A stretch of 64,000 bases of DNA from Bdellovibrionota bacterium (lineage in GTDB: Bacteria > Bdellovibrionota_G > JALEGL01 > DATDPG01): positions 160,001-224,000 of the forward strand of contig OY764265.1 in the NCBI GenBank assembly GCA_963668355.1, read 5' to 3'. Numbering within the stretch: the first letter of the stretch is position 1; each line of letters begins with the position of its first letter. A model generated the notes under the pieces. That model made no database searches, was not told the origin of the DNA, and saw nothing but the letters and a program-made list of their open reading frames with translations. Shown here in pieces: positions 19,172 through 29,081 of this stretch. The translations under genes and the position numbers were made by a program.

Positions 19172-20458
19172 CTAGGCGTAAAGGCCGCGCATCTCCGACG
19201 CATGAATCACACGCTGGATCGCAACTACAAAGGCTGCCACGCGCATATTGACGTTATACTTCTTCGACGCCTCCAGTACGGCATGAAATGCCTGTCGCAT
19301 CAACCGGGAGTGATCACTGGTGATACGGTCTTCATCCCAATAGTAACCGGTTCGGTTCTGTACCCATTCAAGATAAGAAACCGTCACACCACCGGCATTG
19401 CACAGAATGTCTGGAATTAAGAAAATTCCCTTTTCATCCAAGATCTTGTCTGCGTCGACCGTCACGGGCCCATTGGCTCCTTCTGCGATCATTTTGGCTC
19501 GAACTCGAGAGGCATTTTCAGCAGTAATCTGATTTTCAAGTGCTGCAGGGACTAGAATATCCACTTCCATTTCCAAAAGCTCCATGGGATTGGATAATTT
19601 TTCCAGTTTCTCCACTTGATCAAACCCTTCCAAGGTGGAATGTTCAGCCAAGTAGGCATGCGCTTTATCCATGCAAATCCCGTTGGGATTCACATAGGCC
19701 CCACTCACATCGGAGATCGCAACAATCTTGCATCCCTTATCATGGAGGATTCTTCCAGAATACGAACCCACGTTTCCAAAGCCTTGAATCGCTACGGTTG
19801 AACCCTTCAAGCTGATATTCAAATGCTTCACAGCCTCTTCAATCGTGAACACGATTCCTTGCGCTGTAGCTCGAACACGTCCCGCCGAGCCGCCAATATC
19901 CAAAGGTTTACCCGTCACAACACCTGGAAGATGTTTTCCAAAATGCATGGAATAGGTGTCCATGAACCATCCCATCACCTGGGGATTCGTGCCTACATCC
20001 GGAGCGGGAACGTCTTTATCCGGACCAAATAGATCGATCATCTCGGCAATATAGCGTCGAGCCAGACGTTCTCTTTCTCCCACCGACATTTTGGAAGGGT
20101 CACAAATAATCCCACCCTTTCCTCCACCGAACGGCACATTGACGACGGCACATTTGAACGTCATCCAAAAGGCCAACGCTTTTACTTCATCTACATTTAC
20201 ATCTGGATGAAAACGTATTCCTCCTTTTGCAGGGCCCCGAGCGATATTGTGCTGAACACGATATCCGGTAAACACTTCAATTCGACTGTCGTCCATGCGT
20301 ACAGGAATTTTCACCTCCGTCACACGACGAGGCTGTTTAATGACGGCGACCTGATCAGACGTCAATTTCAAAACATCCGCGGCTGCTTCAAATTGTTTAA
20401 GTGCATTTTCAAATGCACTCACACTTGGATTCGGACAATAAACTGTTTCGTTTGACAT
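19172..20458 (-). CDS. gdhA: Glutamate dehydrogenase, second paralogue
   Basis: GPAKGGIR, GGGKGG, DVPAPDV, GFGNVG, NAGGVTVSYLEW. Confidence 0.95.
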   Translation of the reverse strand: MSNETVYCPNPSVSAFENALKQFEAAADVLKLTSDQVAVIKQPRRVTEVKIPVRMDDSRIEVFTGYRVQHNIARGPAKGGIRFHPDVNVDEVKALAFWMTFKCAVVNVPFGGGKGGIICDPSKMSVGERERLARRYIAEMIDLFGPDKDVPAPDVGTNPQVMGWFMDTYSMHFGKHLPGVVTGKPLDIGGSAGRVRATAQGIVFTIEEAVKHLNISLKGSTVAIQGFGNVGSYSGRILHDKGCKIVAISDVSGAYVNPNGICMDKAHAYLAEHSTLEGFDQVEKLEKLSNPMELLEMEVDILVPAALENQITAENASRVRAKMIAEGANGPVTVDADKILDEKGIFLIPDILCNAGGVTVSYLEWVQNRTGYYWDEDRITSDHSRLMRQAFHAVLEASKKYNVNMRVAAFVVAIQRVIHASEMRGLYA

Positions 20459-20585
20459 AGCGGGCCGTATTATCCGCTCCCGCCCTCCAAGTTCAACAAG
20501 AAAAATGGGTTCCGATGGCTGCGGAATACATTTTTTTAAATTGTACTTAAACAGTACTTTATTACGATTTCCTATTTTTCACAGA

Positions 20586-22424
20586 CTACGGAATGGAGAT
20601 GGGAAAGCCGTTACTTACGCTTCCTTGTCCATCCACCACAAAAATATAAGCCGTCCCAGAAGAAAAGGCCCCCTTATTAAAGGTGATCGACAGTTCGCTA
20701 CCTGTCCAGGAGTTCACTTCTTGCATCTCATAGTGAACCTCAGAATCGTTGCCATAAAACTCGAACGTCGGGGAATCGGCCACAAAAACTCTAGCGGGGC
20801 TGGAGTCCATGTAGATATCTCCCCATAAAAATTCGAAATCTGGATGCACATTCTCAGGAAGACTCGGATCGTAGCCTGAAACCCTGAGATAATCGAAGAC
20901 TCCATGTCCTACACAAGGGTGGTCCACACTTCCAACGGCTTTTCCGTTGATCAACGTCCAACTCGTGGTTCTCGAGGAAGATGCATGGGTAATGACGGCC
21001 ACATGAACCCATTCTTCGATTGGAGCCGAGAAATACACGAGATCCCTGGAAGTTTGACCGCATGCAGAGCCACCGATCACGGTTTCCGTCCCTGCATCTC
21101 CATGCTTTGCGATAATTAGTTGGTCCACAATGCTGGGATGGGGCCACAGGCGGAGAATTTTTCCGGAAACACCTCCATTAAGATCACCCCCAAAATTATG
21201 CGAGGACCGGAACCACCAATCCAAGTAGGTCCATCCCTCTTCTTCGTCCACCGCGAAATTTCGAGCAAAGAAACCTTTGCGCCCATCCGTATTGGAAAGA
21301 TTCGCTGCGCGATATGAGATATGTCCCGGATAACGGGAGTGCGCCCCTTGGTAGAAGCGAGGCGTCCGTCCATAGTTATGATTGTTCCAAGGACATTCCA
21401 AACAATCATCAAAAGGATTGGCTTCTCCTCCAGAATACACTCCACGCGTGGGAACGATTGCATTCGATTGCAATGTAAACGCATCATTCGCACCCTCATA
21501 ATCTCGATAGGCCTGAATATTGGTGACTTCGTCAAACACTAACGGTTTCGCTGTGGCTTTCGTTCCAAAGCCAGAACCCCGAAGCGTCACTGAATTTCCA
21601 TCGGAAAGCGTTCCATTGACTGAGGTGATTTCCACATCGGAGAGAGGATTCGTACATTCCCACACGTCCAATTGGCAATCTTCAGTGCAAGATAAGCTGC
21701 CAGACTCATATCCCAGAGAAGAACAAGTGGCCCCGTTTAAGTCGGCCCCATCACAGACCTCTCCGTCATCCAAAACACCGTTTCCGCACGAGGAAGTGTC
21801 AGAGCCCAAGAGGTTCAAATAATACTCATAGTCCGGCAAACCAAACGTTTGAGGATTCAAAGGGTTTGAGTTTACCCATGCGATGGCTTCAGTATAGGGC
21901 GACAGTTGATCGGCATCGCCCGCTTCCGGGTTGTGACAGAGATCTGTGGAGAAGTTTGGGTGCTCATTGAGCAATAACGTAAACACCGCCACGTCCTCTA
22001 TATTTACCTCCTCCGAATTTCGATCCAAATTCATACACGGAATGTCGTTGTCCAGGTCTGGATTGGCTTGAGATTCTTGAGCAATCTGAGCACAGGTTTT
22101 CTCAAGTTGAGAGGCCATCAACACGACATCGGATAAGTTCAAGGTGCCATCATGTAAGTTGTCTGCAACACAAGCCAGGATAGAAAAGTCTTCTTCAGAG
22201 TCAATCTGCGAAAGAGAAAATAAGCCACCTCTCCCCATAAGGAGACCAACCTCCTGCCGCAAAATTTTCACATCAACGCCAGCAGCCAAAGCAATCTCAT
22301 TCATGAGCGACTCCGACAAAGAGTCCGAAGCGGAAGTTGAAACCTGAGAAGTACATCCCGAAAAAAGAATCATCAGAATAAAAAGGAAACGGATTCGAAA
22401 TAAATCTTTCAAAAACTCTTTCAT
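20586..22424 (-). CDS. Secreted lipoprotein with a Myxococcus-type Cys-rich repeat, IPT-like and LamG/lectin-like regions
   Basis: Lipobox LFSGC, CGNGVLDDGEVCDG...SCTEDC repeat, ITSVNG..VTLRGSGFG, WVHVAV. Confidence 0.65.
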   Translation of the reverse strand: MKEFLKDLFRIRFLFILMILFSGCTSQVSTSASDSLSESLMNEIALAAGVDVKILRQEVGLLMGRGGLFSLSQIDSEEDFSILACVADNLHDGTLNLSDVVLMASQLEKTCAQIAQESQANPDLDNDIPCMNLDRNSEEVNIEDVAVFTLLLNEHPNFSTDLCHNPEAGDADQLSPYTEAIAWVNSNPLNPQTFGLPDYEYYLNLLGSDTSSCGNGVLDDGEVCDGADLNGATCSSLGYESGSLSCTEDCQLDVWECTNPLSDVEITSVNGTLSDGNSVTLRGSGFGTKATAKPLVFDEVTNIQAYRDYEGANDAFTLQSNAIVPTRGVYSGGEANPFDDCLECPWNNHNYGRTPRFYQGAHSRYPGHISYRAANLSNTDGRKGFFARNFAVDEEEGWTYLDWWFRSSHNFGGDLNGGVSGKILRLWPHPSIVDQLIIAKHGDAGTETVIGGSACGQTSRDLVYFSAPIEEWVHVAVITHASSSRTTSWTLINGKAVGSVDHPCVGHGVFDYLRVSGYDPSLPENVHPDFEFLWGDIYMDSSPARVFVADSPTFEFYGNDSEVHYEMQEVNSWTGSELSITFNKGAFSSGTAYIFVVDGQGSVSNGFPISIP

Positions 22425-22454
22425 CACTCACCTCACCCCCGAACCTGATTCGAG

Positions 22455-22470
22455 AGCAAGAAATGAACCA
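22455..22470 (-). promoter_or_regulatory. sigma54-type -24/-12 promoter
   Basis: Minus-strand TGGTTCATTTCTTGCT, one base different from the site at 4944; followed by the SD-like GAGGTGA and the start codon. Confidence 0.7.
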
Positions 22471-22518
22471 CTTCCTCGAAAACTCTAACCGTCTGTATTT
22501 GTTGTTTATTTTGCTATG

Positions 22519-22566
22519 CAAAAAAAGAAGAGGGGCGACGGTCTACGCAAAACCTTTCACCCCTCT
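22519..22566 (-). terminator. Intrinsic terminator of rubrerythrin
   Basis: AGAGGGGTGA...TCGCCCCTCT stem followed by a T-run on the minus strand. Confidence 0.7.
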
Positions 22567-22594
22567 AAAAAATTTTTAGACCCAGCTTCGAGAC

Positions 22595-23170
22595 TTACCA
22601 ATTCTCAGCCAACACTTCAAAGTGGGCTTGAGGATGGGCACAGGCCGGACAAGCGGCGGGTGCTTCTGAGCCCTCGTGTAGATAGCCACAGTTTCGGCAT
22701 CGCCAAACCACAGACCCATCTTTTTTAAATACTTTCCCTTCATCGATGTTCTTTAAAAGATCTCGATAGCGCTTTTCATGCTGTTTTTCAGCCACGCAGA
22801 TGTATTCGAACACTTTCGCCACATTCTCAAAGCCTTCTTTTCGAGCCGTCTGAGCAAACTCTGGGTAGAGGTCACTCCACTCTTCATGTTCACCCGAGGC
22901 GGCTGAATTTAAGTTTTCCGACGTATTTCCAATTTTTCCCGCTGGGAAGGTAGCTTGAATCTCCAAGTCTCCACCTTCTAGAAACTTAAAGAAACGCTTG
23001 GCGTGCTCCTTCTCTTGATCGGCTGTTTCTGAAAAGACATCTGCGATTTGGACGTAGCCTTCTTTCTTGGCCACGCTCGCAAAGTACGTGTATCGGTTTC
23101 GAGCTTGGGACTCTCCCGCAAAAGCTTTCAATAGATTTTTTTCGGTTTCCGTTCCTTGAATAGAACCCAT
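22595..23170 (-). CDS. rbr: Rubrerythrin
   Basis: AFAGESQARNRY, EKEH and EKQH di-iron motifs, C-terminal CRNCG...CPAC; ATG 23170 with GGAGG. Confidence 0.95.
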   Translation of the reverse strand: MGSIQGTETEKNLLKAFAGESQARNRYTYFASVAKKEGYVQIADVFSETADQEKEHAKRFFKFLEGGDLEIQATFPAGKIGNTSENLNSAASGEHEEWSDLYPEFAQTARKEGFENVAKVFEYICVAEKQHEKRYRDLLKNIDEGKVFKKDGSVVWRCRNCGYLHEGSEAPAACPACAHPQAHFEVLAENW

Positions 23171-23184
23171 TACGTTCATCCTCC

Positions 23185-23787
23185 CTATTTCATTTCCCAA
23201 ACGAAACTTAAGTTCGCCACCACCCCGGTTGCTCTTAACTCAAATTTCGAAGCGTCCACAAGACGTGGGAATTTTAACAAATACACATTCGACCACCCCG
23301 GCGTAATATAAGGGAAAAAGTAGTTCAGTTGAGGGTCTCGATCAGAAAGTTTCGTGATCGACTCGGCCTCAACACGCGCGCCTGTTTCTCCGTTCTCCAG
23401 CCATAGCTTCCATGCAGTAGAGGCCGACGAAAGATCCGCTGCCTTGGAATCACCCGTATACAACGAAAAAACAAACACGTCGTATTGTTGAGCCGTTCCC
23501 AACTCCTTCGCCAACAACTCACTTTTTTCAGGATCTGAAAGGTCAAACCGATCCGAATATTCTTGAACATAGGCTTTTCGCCAGGGCTCAGACTTAAAGG
23601 TCACATGCGCCATATATTTGGTTTCGGCCAACGCATAGTACGTTGCATCTTTCGTATATTGATCCAACACGCGATGATAATTCGAATTTGGAACATCCAA
23701 AAAATAACCGACTTTTTGGCAGGCTGAGAAGAAAGGCAAACAAAGAACTAGGGTCCACGTCCACGAACCTGGTAGCCGAAAATTCAT
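23185..23787 (-). CDS. Hypothetical lipoprotein
   Basis: Lipobox FFSAC; operonic with rubrerythrin. Confidence 0.65.
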   Translation of the reverse strand: MNFRLPGSWTWTLVLCLPFFSACQKVGYFLDVPNSNYHRVLDQYTKDATYYALAETKYMAHVTFKSEPWRKAYVQEYSDRFDLSDPEKSELLAKELGTAQQYDVFVFSLYTGDSKAADLSSASTAWKLWLENGETGARVEAESITKLSDRDPQLNYFFPYITPGWSNVYLLKFPRLVDASKFELRATGVVANLSFVWEMK

Positions 23788-23871
23788 GCGGTGGTTATGC
23801 CACAAAAGCCGCCGGTTGCCTAGAAAGCCCCCCTATTTACAACGCGTTCCTACTGGTATGATGCCGACTTC

Positions 23872-25053
23872 ATGGAGAAAATTCTTGTATACGCACGTTG
23901 GATTGGCCTTTTACTGGGTGTCACGCTTCTGGTGCATACATATATATGGTGGCGACTGGTCAAAACCACGCAAATTGGAAAACCTTGGTCAACTTGGCTG
24001 ACGGCTCTGGTCATTTTTTTGGCCTTCGCGTACGTGACACCATTTCTCATTGCCCGCAACCTGGAATCTCCATTTCGCCAAATGCTTTCGACTCCTTCCT
24101 ACATTTGGATGGGGTTGAGCTTATTGTTTTTAACAGCCTTTCTCGGGTTTGATCTCGTTCGGATTTTCCTTTGGCTCGGCCAAAAAGCTCTTTCTTTGAC
24201 GCAGGTTGAATCCAGCCCGGAACGACGGCTTTTTCTCTCCAGATCCATGCTTGGACTGTTCAGTCTCGGGGCCTTCGGAACCGGCTTGTATTCCATACGA
24301 AGTGCATTTAAAGGACCCATTTTAAAGAAGGTAAATATTCCACTAGATAAGCTTCCAAAATCGTTATCAGGGTTAACGCTCCTTCAAATTTCAGATCTGC
24401 ATGTCGGAGATCTCATTCAAAAAAAAGAGGTCCAATCGGTTGTAAGAAAAGCGAATGAGACCTCTCCAGACATCATTGTCATTACTGGAGATCTTGTCGA
24501 CCACCATGCAACCTTTGAAGACCTGTCTCCTTTGGCAGATTTAAAAAGCCGGTATGGAGTATTTTTTGTCACGGGAAATCACGAATATTACACGGGCGTC
24601 CAACGGGTTTTAGCCTCTTTAAAAAAACTCAATATCCGCGTGCTGAGAAACGAATGCATTCCGATCGAAAAGAACGGAGAAAGCATTAATTTGTTGGGGG
24701 TGGATGATTTTCATGCTTCGTATATGGAACCCGGACATGGACCTAATCTCAAAAAAGCCATGGAAAAAGCCAATCCAAAGACAGCATCCGTTTTGCTAGC
24801 CCATCAACCCAAAGAAATTCACAACGCCGCAGCCTCAGGAGTTGACCTCCAACTCTCCGGACATACGCACGGCGGACAAATTTGGCCTTTTCGTTTTTTG
24901 GTTCGCTTATCGCAGCCCTATATTGCAGGACTCTACAAACACGAAAACACGTGGATCTATGTAAATCGTGGAACCGGTTTTTGGGGACCTCCCATGCGAT
25001 TGGGAGGGGAGTCTGAACTCACACTGATTTCGCTGACTTCTCCCCTCGCCTAA
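23872..25053 (+). CDS. Membrane-anchored metallophosphoesterase (YkuE-like)
   Basis: DLH, GDLVD, GNHE, LAH and GHTHGGQ motifs; N-terminal TM helices. Confidence 0.9.
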   Translation: MEKILVYARWIGLLLGVTLLVHTYIWWRLVKTTQIGKPWSTWLTALVIFLAFAYVTPFLIARNLESPFRQMLSTPSYIWMGLSLLFLTAFLGFDLVRIFLWLGQKALSLTQVESSPERRLFLSRSMLGLFSLGAFGTGLYSIRSAFKGPILKKVNIPLDKLPKSLSGLTLLQISDLHVGDLIQKKEVQSVVRKANETSPDIIVITGDLVDHHATFEDLSPLADLKSRYGVFFVTGNHEYYTGVQRVLASLKKLNIRVLRNECIPIEKNGESINLLGVDDFHASYMEPGHGPNLKKAMEKANPKTASVLLAHQPKEIHNAAASGVDLQLSGHTHGGQIWPFRFLVRLSQPYIAGLYKHENTWIYVNRGTGFWGPPMRLGGESELTLISLTSPLA

Positions 25054-26063
25054 CGACGATCATTTATTTTTTTCAAGGCTTCTCGAATTCGTGTCTCATT
25101 GGCTTGAATCGTGGGACGCCCCTCCGCAAAGCAGCTTTCCCCTTTTGGAAAAAAACTTTTTTGATACAAGGGATAAGCTTCCGTACGCAAGTGGGCCAAC
25201 ATCTGATGACTCTTTCGGGTTTCCCGAGCATGTCTCAAAGCCGCTAAATCAATGGGCCCCACAACAATCTTTTCACCTGGACCCGGATCCGCTTGAGCAA
25301 GAATTCGTCCATCAAAATCCACAACCATGCTTCCCCCTGGCCACGAAAAGGGAGGATAGTTTTCCAAACTGGCTCCTTGGTTGGAAGCAACGACGTACGC
25401 CATATTTTCCAACGCCCGGCATCGGTTAACGGTGGTCCACCAATCCATGGGCTCGGTGGCTCCCCAAGGATCCATATAAGCCGAAACCCGAATCAAGATC
25501 TCAGCTCCGTTGGCCGTCAACTGTCTCAAGGCCTCTGGGAATAACCAGTCGTAACAAATCGCCACGCCCAGCTTCCCAATCTCGGTATCCACGACCGGAA
25601 ACATTTCTTCGGAATAATTCGGAAGATCATGCGGACTTGCATGAACCTCCCAAGGAATCCACGTATTGACTTTTCGATACTTCGAAAGAATTCCGTCTGG
25701 GCCAATGAGGCAAGTGGTATTGAAAACCGCACCTGGATATTTTTCATCCACCTCTAAGAACGTACCGGTTTGAATATACACGCGATGCTCTTTGGCTTTT
25801 TCAATATATTGATCGGTATACTCATTGGGAATCGAAACTGCCAAATGTTGTTCCAACTCCTCCACCGTCAAATAGGTTGGAGGTGTGTGGGCAAATTCGG
25901 GGAATACGACCAGCTTAACCGGCCCAATGCAGTTGTAGCCCACAACAGCCTGGTCCAACAGTTCACACATCCGATTCACACGTTCCGGAATTTCATCTCT
26001 CTTTTTCGGCGAGGGAAAATTGGTTTGAATCGCCGCAGCAAAATAGCGTTCCTCTTTTTTCAT
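25050..26063 (-). CDS. Nitrilase-family carbon-nitrogen hydrolase
   Basis: Catalytic triad motifs FPE, YRK and ICYD; 4-nt ATGA overlap with acpS. Confidence 0.85.
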   Translation of the reverse strand: MKKEERYFAAAIQTNFPSPKKRDEIPERVNRMCELLDQAVVGYNCIGPVKLVVFPEFAHTPPTYLTVEELEQHLAVSIPNEYTDQYIEKAKEHRVYIQTGTFLEVDEKYPGAVFNTTCLIGPDGILSKYRKVNTWIPWEVHASPHDLPNYSEEMFPVVDTEIGKLGVAICYDWLFPEALRQLTANGAEILIRVSAYMDPWGATEPMDWWTTVNRCRALENMAYVVASNQGASLENYPPFSWPGGSMVVDFDGRILAQADPGPGEKIVVGPIDLAALRHARETRKSHQMLAHLRTEAYPLYQKSFFPKGESCFAEGRPTIQANETRIREALKKINDRR

Positions 26064-26446
26064 TCGACTCCTCCGATGACTGTTGCCATGAAATACTTCT
26101 CGGCATGGGAAAATGTGATTTCAAGTTTATTCAATCCCAGTTGAGTTGCGCGCTCCAATGCTTTTCCGCTCAAGTGAACCTGCCACCCCGCCTGAGGCCT
26201 GCGCTTAATCTCAACGTCCGACCATTGGATGCCTTGCTCTAAAGAAGAGCGCAATAGTTTGTATACGGCTTCCTTCCCCGCAAAGCTTTGACTCAAGAAA
26301 CGGACGGGATCGTCCAGCTCTTTTCGAAACGCCTCCATTTCGAGAGAAGATAAAATTTGACGGGGAAAATCTTCGCCTTGTTTTCGAAGCAAGGACTCAA
26401 CTCGGGTTCTTTCAACCAAGTCCGTTCCTATGGATAGAATCTTCAT
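26060..26446 (-). CDS. acpS: Holo-ACP synthase (AcpS-type PPTase)
   Basis: IGTDLVE, FAGKEAVYK, ITFSH. Confidence 0.9.
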   Translation of the reverse strand: MKILSIGTDLVERTRVESLLRKQGEDFPRQILSSLEMEAFRKELDDPVRFLSQSFAGKEAVYKLLRSSLEQGIQWSDVEIKRRPQAGWQVHLSGKALERATQLGLNKLEITFSHAEKYFMATVIGGVE

Positions 26447-27417
26447 GAAAACAAACGGTTTAACCCCTCCTCCGTCGACACTGTCGCGTCGTATTCAAAA
26501 TCGTTCCTGGCGCGAGAAGTATCGTAATGGTGATCCAATGCCAACTGACAAGCCAAGAAACGCGTCATTCGAGGTTCGGTCGTCTTTCCAAGAAGCCTAT
26601 AGAAAACTTCCATTCCAAACCCAAGAAGATAGGCCACCCAAAAAGGAATTTTTTTCTTCACCTGCGGAGCTTTTGCGCGTCGAAGAATTTCCGAAATGAA
26701 CGCCCACAGCTTCACGGGTTCATTTTGACTCAAAAAATAGGCTTTACCGTTGCAAGTGCCTTTTGGGCCCAATCGCTCGGCGGCCTGCAAATGTGCGCGA
26801 GCCGCGTTTTCGACATAAATGATGTCCACGACATTTTGGCCATCTCCCACCTGAGCCAACTGTCCCTTTCTGGCGCGTTCAATCACTCGCGGAATCAGAT
26901 GCCGATCTCCGGGACCCCATATGAGATGAGGTCGGAGAGAAACCGTGAACAAACCGGCTTCATTCGCATCCAACACTTCCTTTTCAGCCAAACTCTTTGT
27001 ACGAGGATATTCTGCCAAATATCGAGAAGGATACGGCTCATTTTCATCGACCCGCCTTTGAGGCTTTCCGGCAAACACGACACTTGGAGAACTTGTATAA
27101 ATCAGCTTTGGAACTCGGTTCTTTCGACACGCCTCAATGATATTTCGGGTTCCCAGTACATTGATCGAGAAAAATGTGTTGGGGTCCCCCCAAATATCCG
27201 CGATGGCCGCAACATGATAAACCTCATCCACATCCACAAAATGCGGCTCAAGAGACTTTTTATCTCGGATATCACATTTGACGGAATGGGCTCCCAGGGC
27301 ATTGATTTCCGAGTACTCTTTCCGAGCCAGAACAACGACCTGATCGCCACGTTCTCGTAGAAGACGAACGATGTGTTGCCCCAAAAAACCTCCGCCACCT
27401 GTCACGAGACACTTCAC
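26443..27417 (-). CDS. oleD: OleD, 2-alkyl-3-oxoalkanoate reductase (extended SDR)
   Basis: TGGGGFLG, YTSSPSV, YPRTK, LRPHLIWGPGD; position after oleC. Confidence 0.85.
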   Translation of the reverse strand: MKCLVTGGGGFLGQHIVRLLRERGDQVVVLARKEYSEINALGAHSVKCDIRDKKSLEPHFVDVDEVYHVAAIADIWGDPNTFFSINVLGTRNIIEACRKNRVPKLIYTSSPSVVFAGKPQRRVDENEPYPSRYLAEYPRTKSLAEKEVLDANEAGLFTVSLRPHLIWGPGDRHLIPRVIERARKGQLAQVGDGQNVVDIIYVENAARAHLQAAERLGPKGTCNGKAYFLSQNEPVKLWAFISEILRRAKAPQVKKKIPFWVAYLLGFGMEVFYRLLGKTTEPRMTRFLACQLALDHHYDTSRARNDFEYDATVSTEEGLNRLFS

Positions 27418-29081
27418 AGATGCTCAACTCTTGACTGCGCATATTGAGACAGGGCCGGACGATCGATTTTAATGTTGTGTCGCACATCTGTCGGAAATTC
27501 ATCCTTAAAGATAATGGTGCGAATACCCGCCGTGAGTTCCATTTCTTTAGCCATTCGTAACAAGTCCACCCGAACCTTTTCCCGTTCTGAAGAAGGCTCT
27601 CCCTGCACCACCAACACCGGAAGCACTTGTCCCTGACTTCCTCTCACACCCACCAACGCCGAACGCAATACGTGAGGATGTTGATTGAAAATTCCTTCGC
27701 ACTGGACAGGATACAATTCATTGTTTTCCAAACTCACACGATGGTCTTTTCGACCACAGAGCCAGAGCTTTCCGTCATCATCGATATAGCCCAAGTCTCC
27801 CATTCGATGCCAAAAACTTCCTTCACCTGGCTCTTGATCAAAAATCTTGGCCATTCGATTAGAGTCCGGTCGATTGAAATAGGAACGTGTCACAATCTTG
27901 CCTTGAACCACAATCTCCCCGATTTGATTTACCCCCAATGGAGTGACTTGAGCCCACCGTTCCAAAGGCTCGTCGGAGATTTGAATCACACGCATGTCCA
28001 CATGAGAAAGTGGCCTGCCCACACATACGCCCTTTCCCGAACGCGTTTGAGCAAAGCAATCTCCCAAAAGTTCAACATCTCCAATATTCGTAAGTGGCAG
28101 GGCTTCGGTTGCCCCGTACGGGGTATACACTCGACCGGAGGCACCCATCACTTCCTTGGCATCTCGAATAATTTTTTCTGAAACCGGGGCTCCGGCCATG
28201 AGGATTCGCCTGAGCGACGGAAGTTGAATGTTCTTTTTCTTACAAGCCAACATGATGCGACGGAAAATGGCGGGGGATCCTGCGGTATGCGTAACTCCGT
28301 ATTTTTGAATGGTTTTTGCGAGCTTCGCTCCATTCACTTTTGCGGGCTTGGCTGGATCCATATCTGGAATGATGGACGTGATTCCCCATGCCGCACTAAA
28401 CAGCGCAAATAAAGGAAAGGGAACCAAGTCAATCTCATCTGATCCCACACCATAGGTTTCTTTCAGTATGGATTGTTGTTGCTCAAAAATTCCGTGGGTC
28501 AACTCCACCCCTTTCGGAACTCCCGTGCTCCCACTCGTAAAAATGATGGCAGCAGGATCACTTTCTCCCAAAACCACGCCGACATTCTCGGGGGCCGCCT
28601 GCACATGTGAGCAATGACAAACGGAATGCACATATTTGGATCCGAAAAGAATTGGCAGAATCGGAGAGGAAGAGAGACAAAGTCGGGTTTTTACAGATTC
28701 GAAGGCTCCAGGAAATAGTTTGGTTAACATATGAGCCAGAGGAACACCCACCAAGGCTTCGGGTCGAACCTCTTTCAAACAAAGTAGCATATTTTTCAAC
28801 TTCATCCCCGGATCAATGAAAACGGGAACAGCCCCGACTCGGAAGAGACCGAATATCACGGGAACGAAATTCAACCCCGGACGAACGAGGGTCGCAACTC
28901 GGGTGCCTCGACCTATGCCGACCTTAGAAAAAACGTTGGCCATGCGCGAGGTTTCAGCATCCATATGGGCAAACGAAATGGAGTGTCCTTTTGAATCGAT
29001 GGAGGCCGTTTTTCCAGGAACCTCCTTGGCTCGATCAAACAAGTGACGAGAAACGTTGCAGTTCTTGCTTTCCGCCATCAT
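27414..29081 (-). CDS. oleC: OleC, beta-lactone synthetase (AMP-dependent ligase)
   Basis: FIDPGM, FTSGSTGVPKG, FPLFALF, TPYGATEALP, WHRMGDLG, DVRHNIKI. Confidence 0.88.
   Translation of the reverse strand: MMAESKNCNVSRHLFDRAKEVPGKTASIDSKGHSISFAHMDAETSRMANVFSKVGIGRGTRVATLVRPGLNFVPVIFGLFRVGAVPVFIDPGMKLKNMLLCLKEVRPEALVGVPLAHMLTKLFPGAFESVKTRLCLSSSPILPILFGSKYVHSVCHCSHVQAAPENVGVVLGESDPAAIIFTSGSTGVPKGVELTHGIFEQQQSILKETYGVGSDEIDLVPFPLFALFSAAWGITSIIPDMDPAKPAKVNGAKLAKTIQKYGVTHTAGSPAIFRRIMLACKKKNIQLPSLRRILMAGAPVSEKIIRDAKEVMGASGRVYTPYGATEALPLTNIGDVELLGDCFAQTRSGKGVCVGRPLSHVDMRVIQISDEPLERWAQVTPLGVNQIGEIVVQGKIVTRSYFNRPDSNRMAKIFDQEPGEGSFWHRMGDLGYIDDDGKLWLCGRKDHRVSLENNELYPVQCEGIFNQHPHVLRSALVGVRGSQGQVLPVLVVQGEPSSEREKVRVDLLRMAKEMELTAGIRTIIFKDEFPTDVRHNIKIDRPALSQYAQSRVEHL

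Noticed and set aside
23787..23802. GG-N10-GC match TGGCATAACCACCGCA on the minus strand
   Set aside because: It lacks the TT before GC and overlaps the start codon; better read as an extended -10 element
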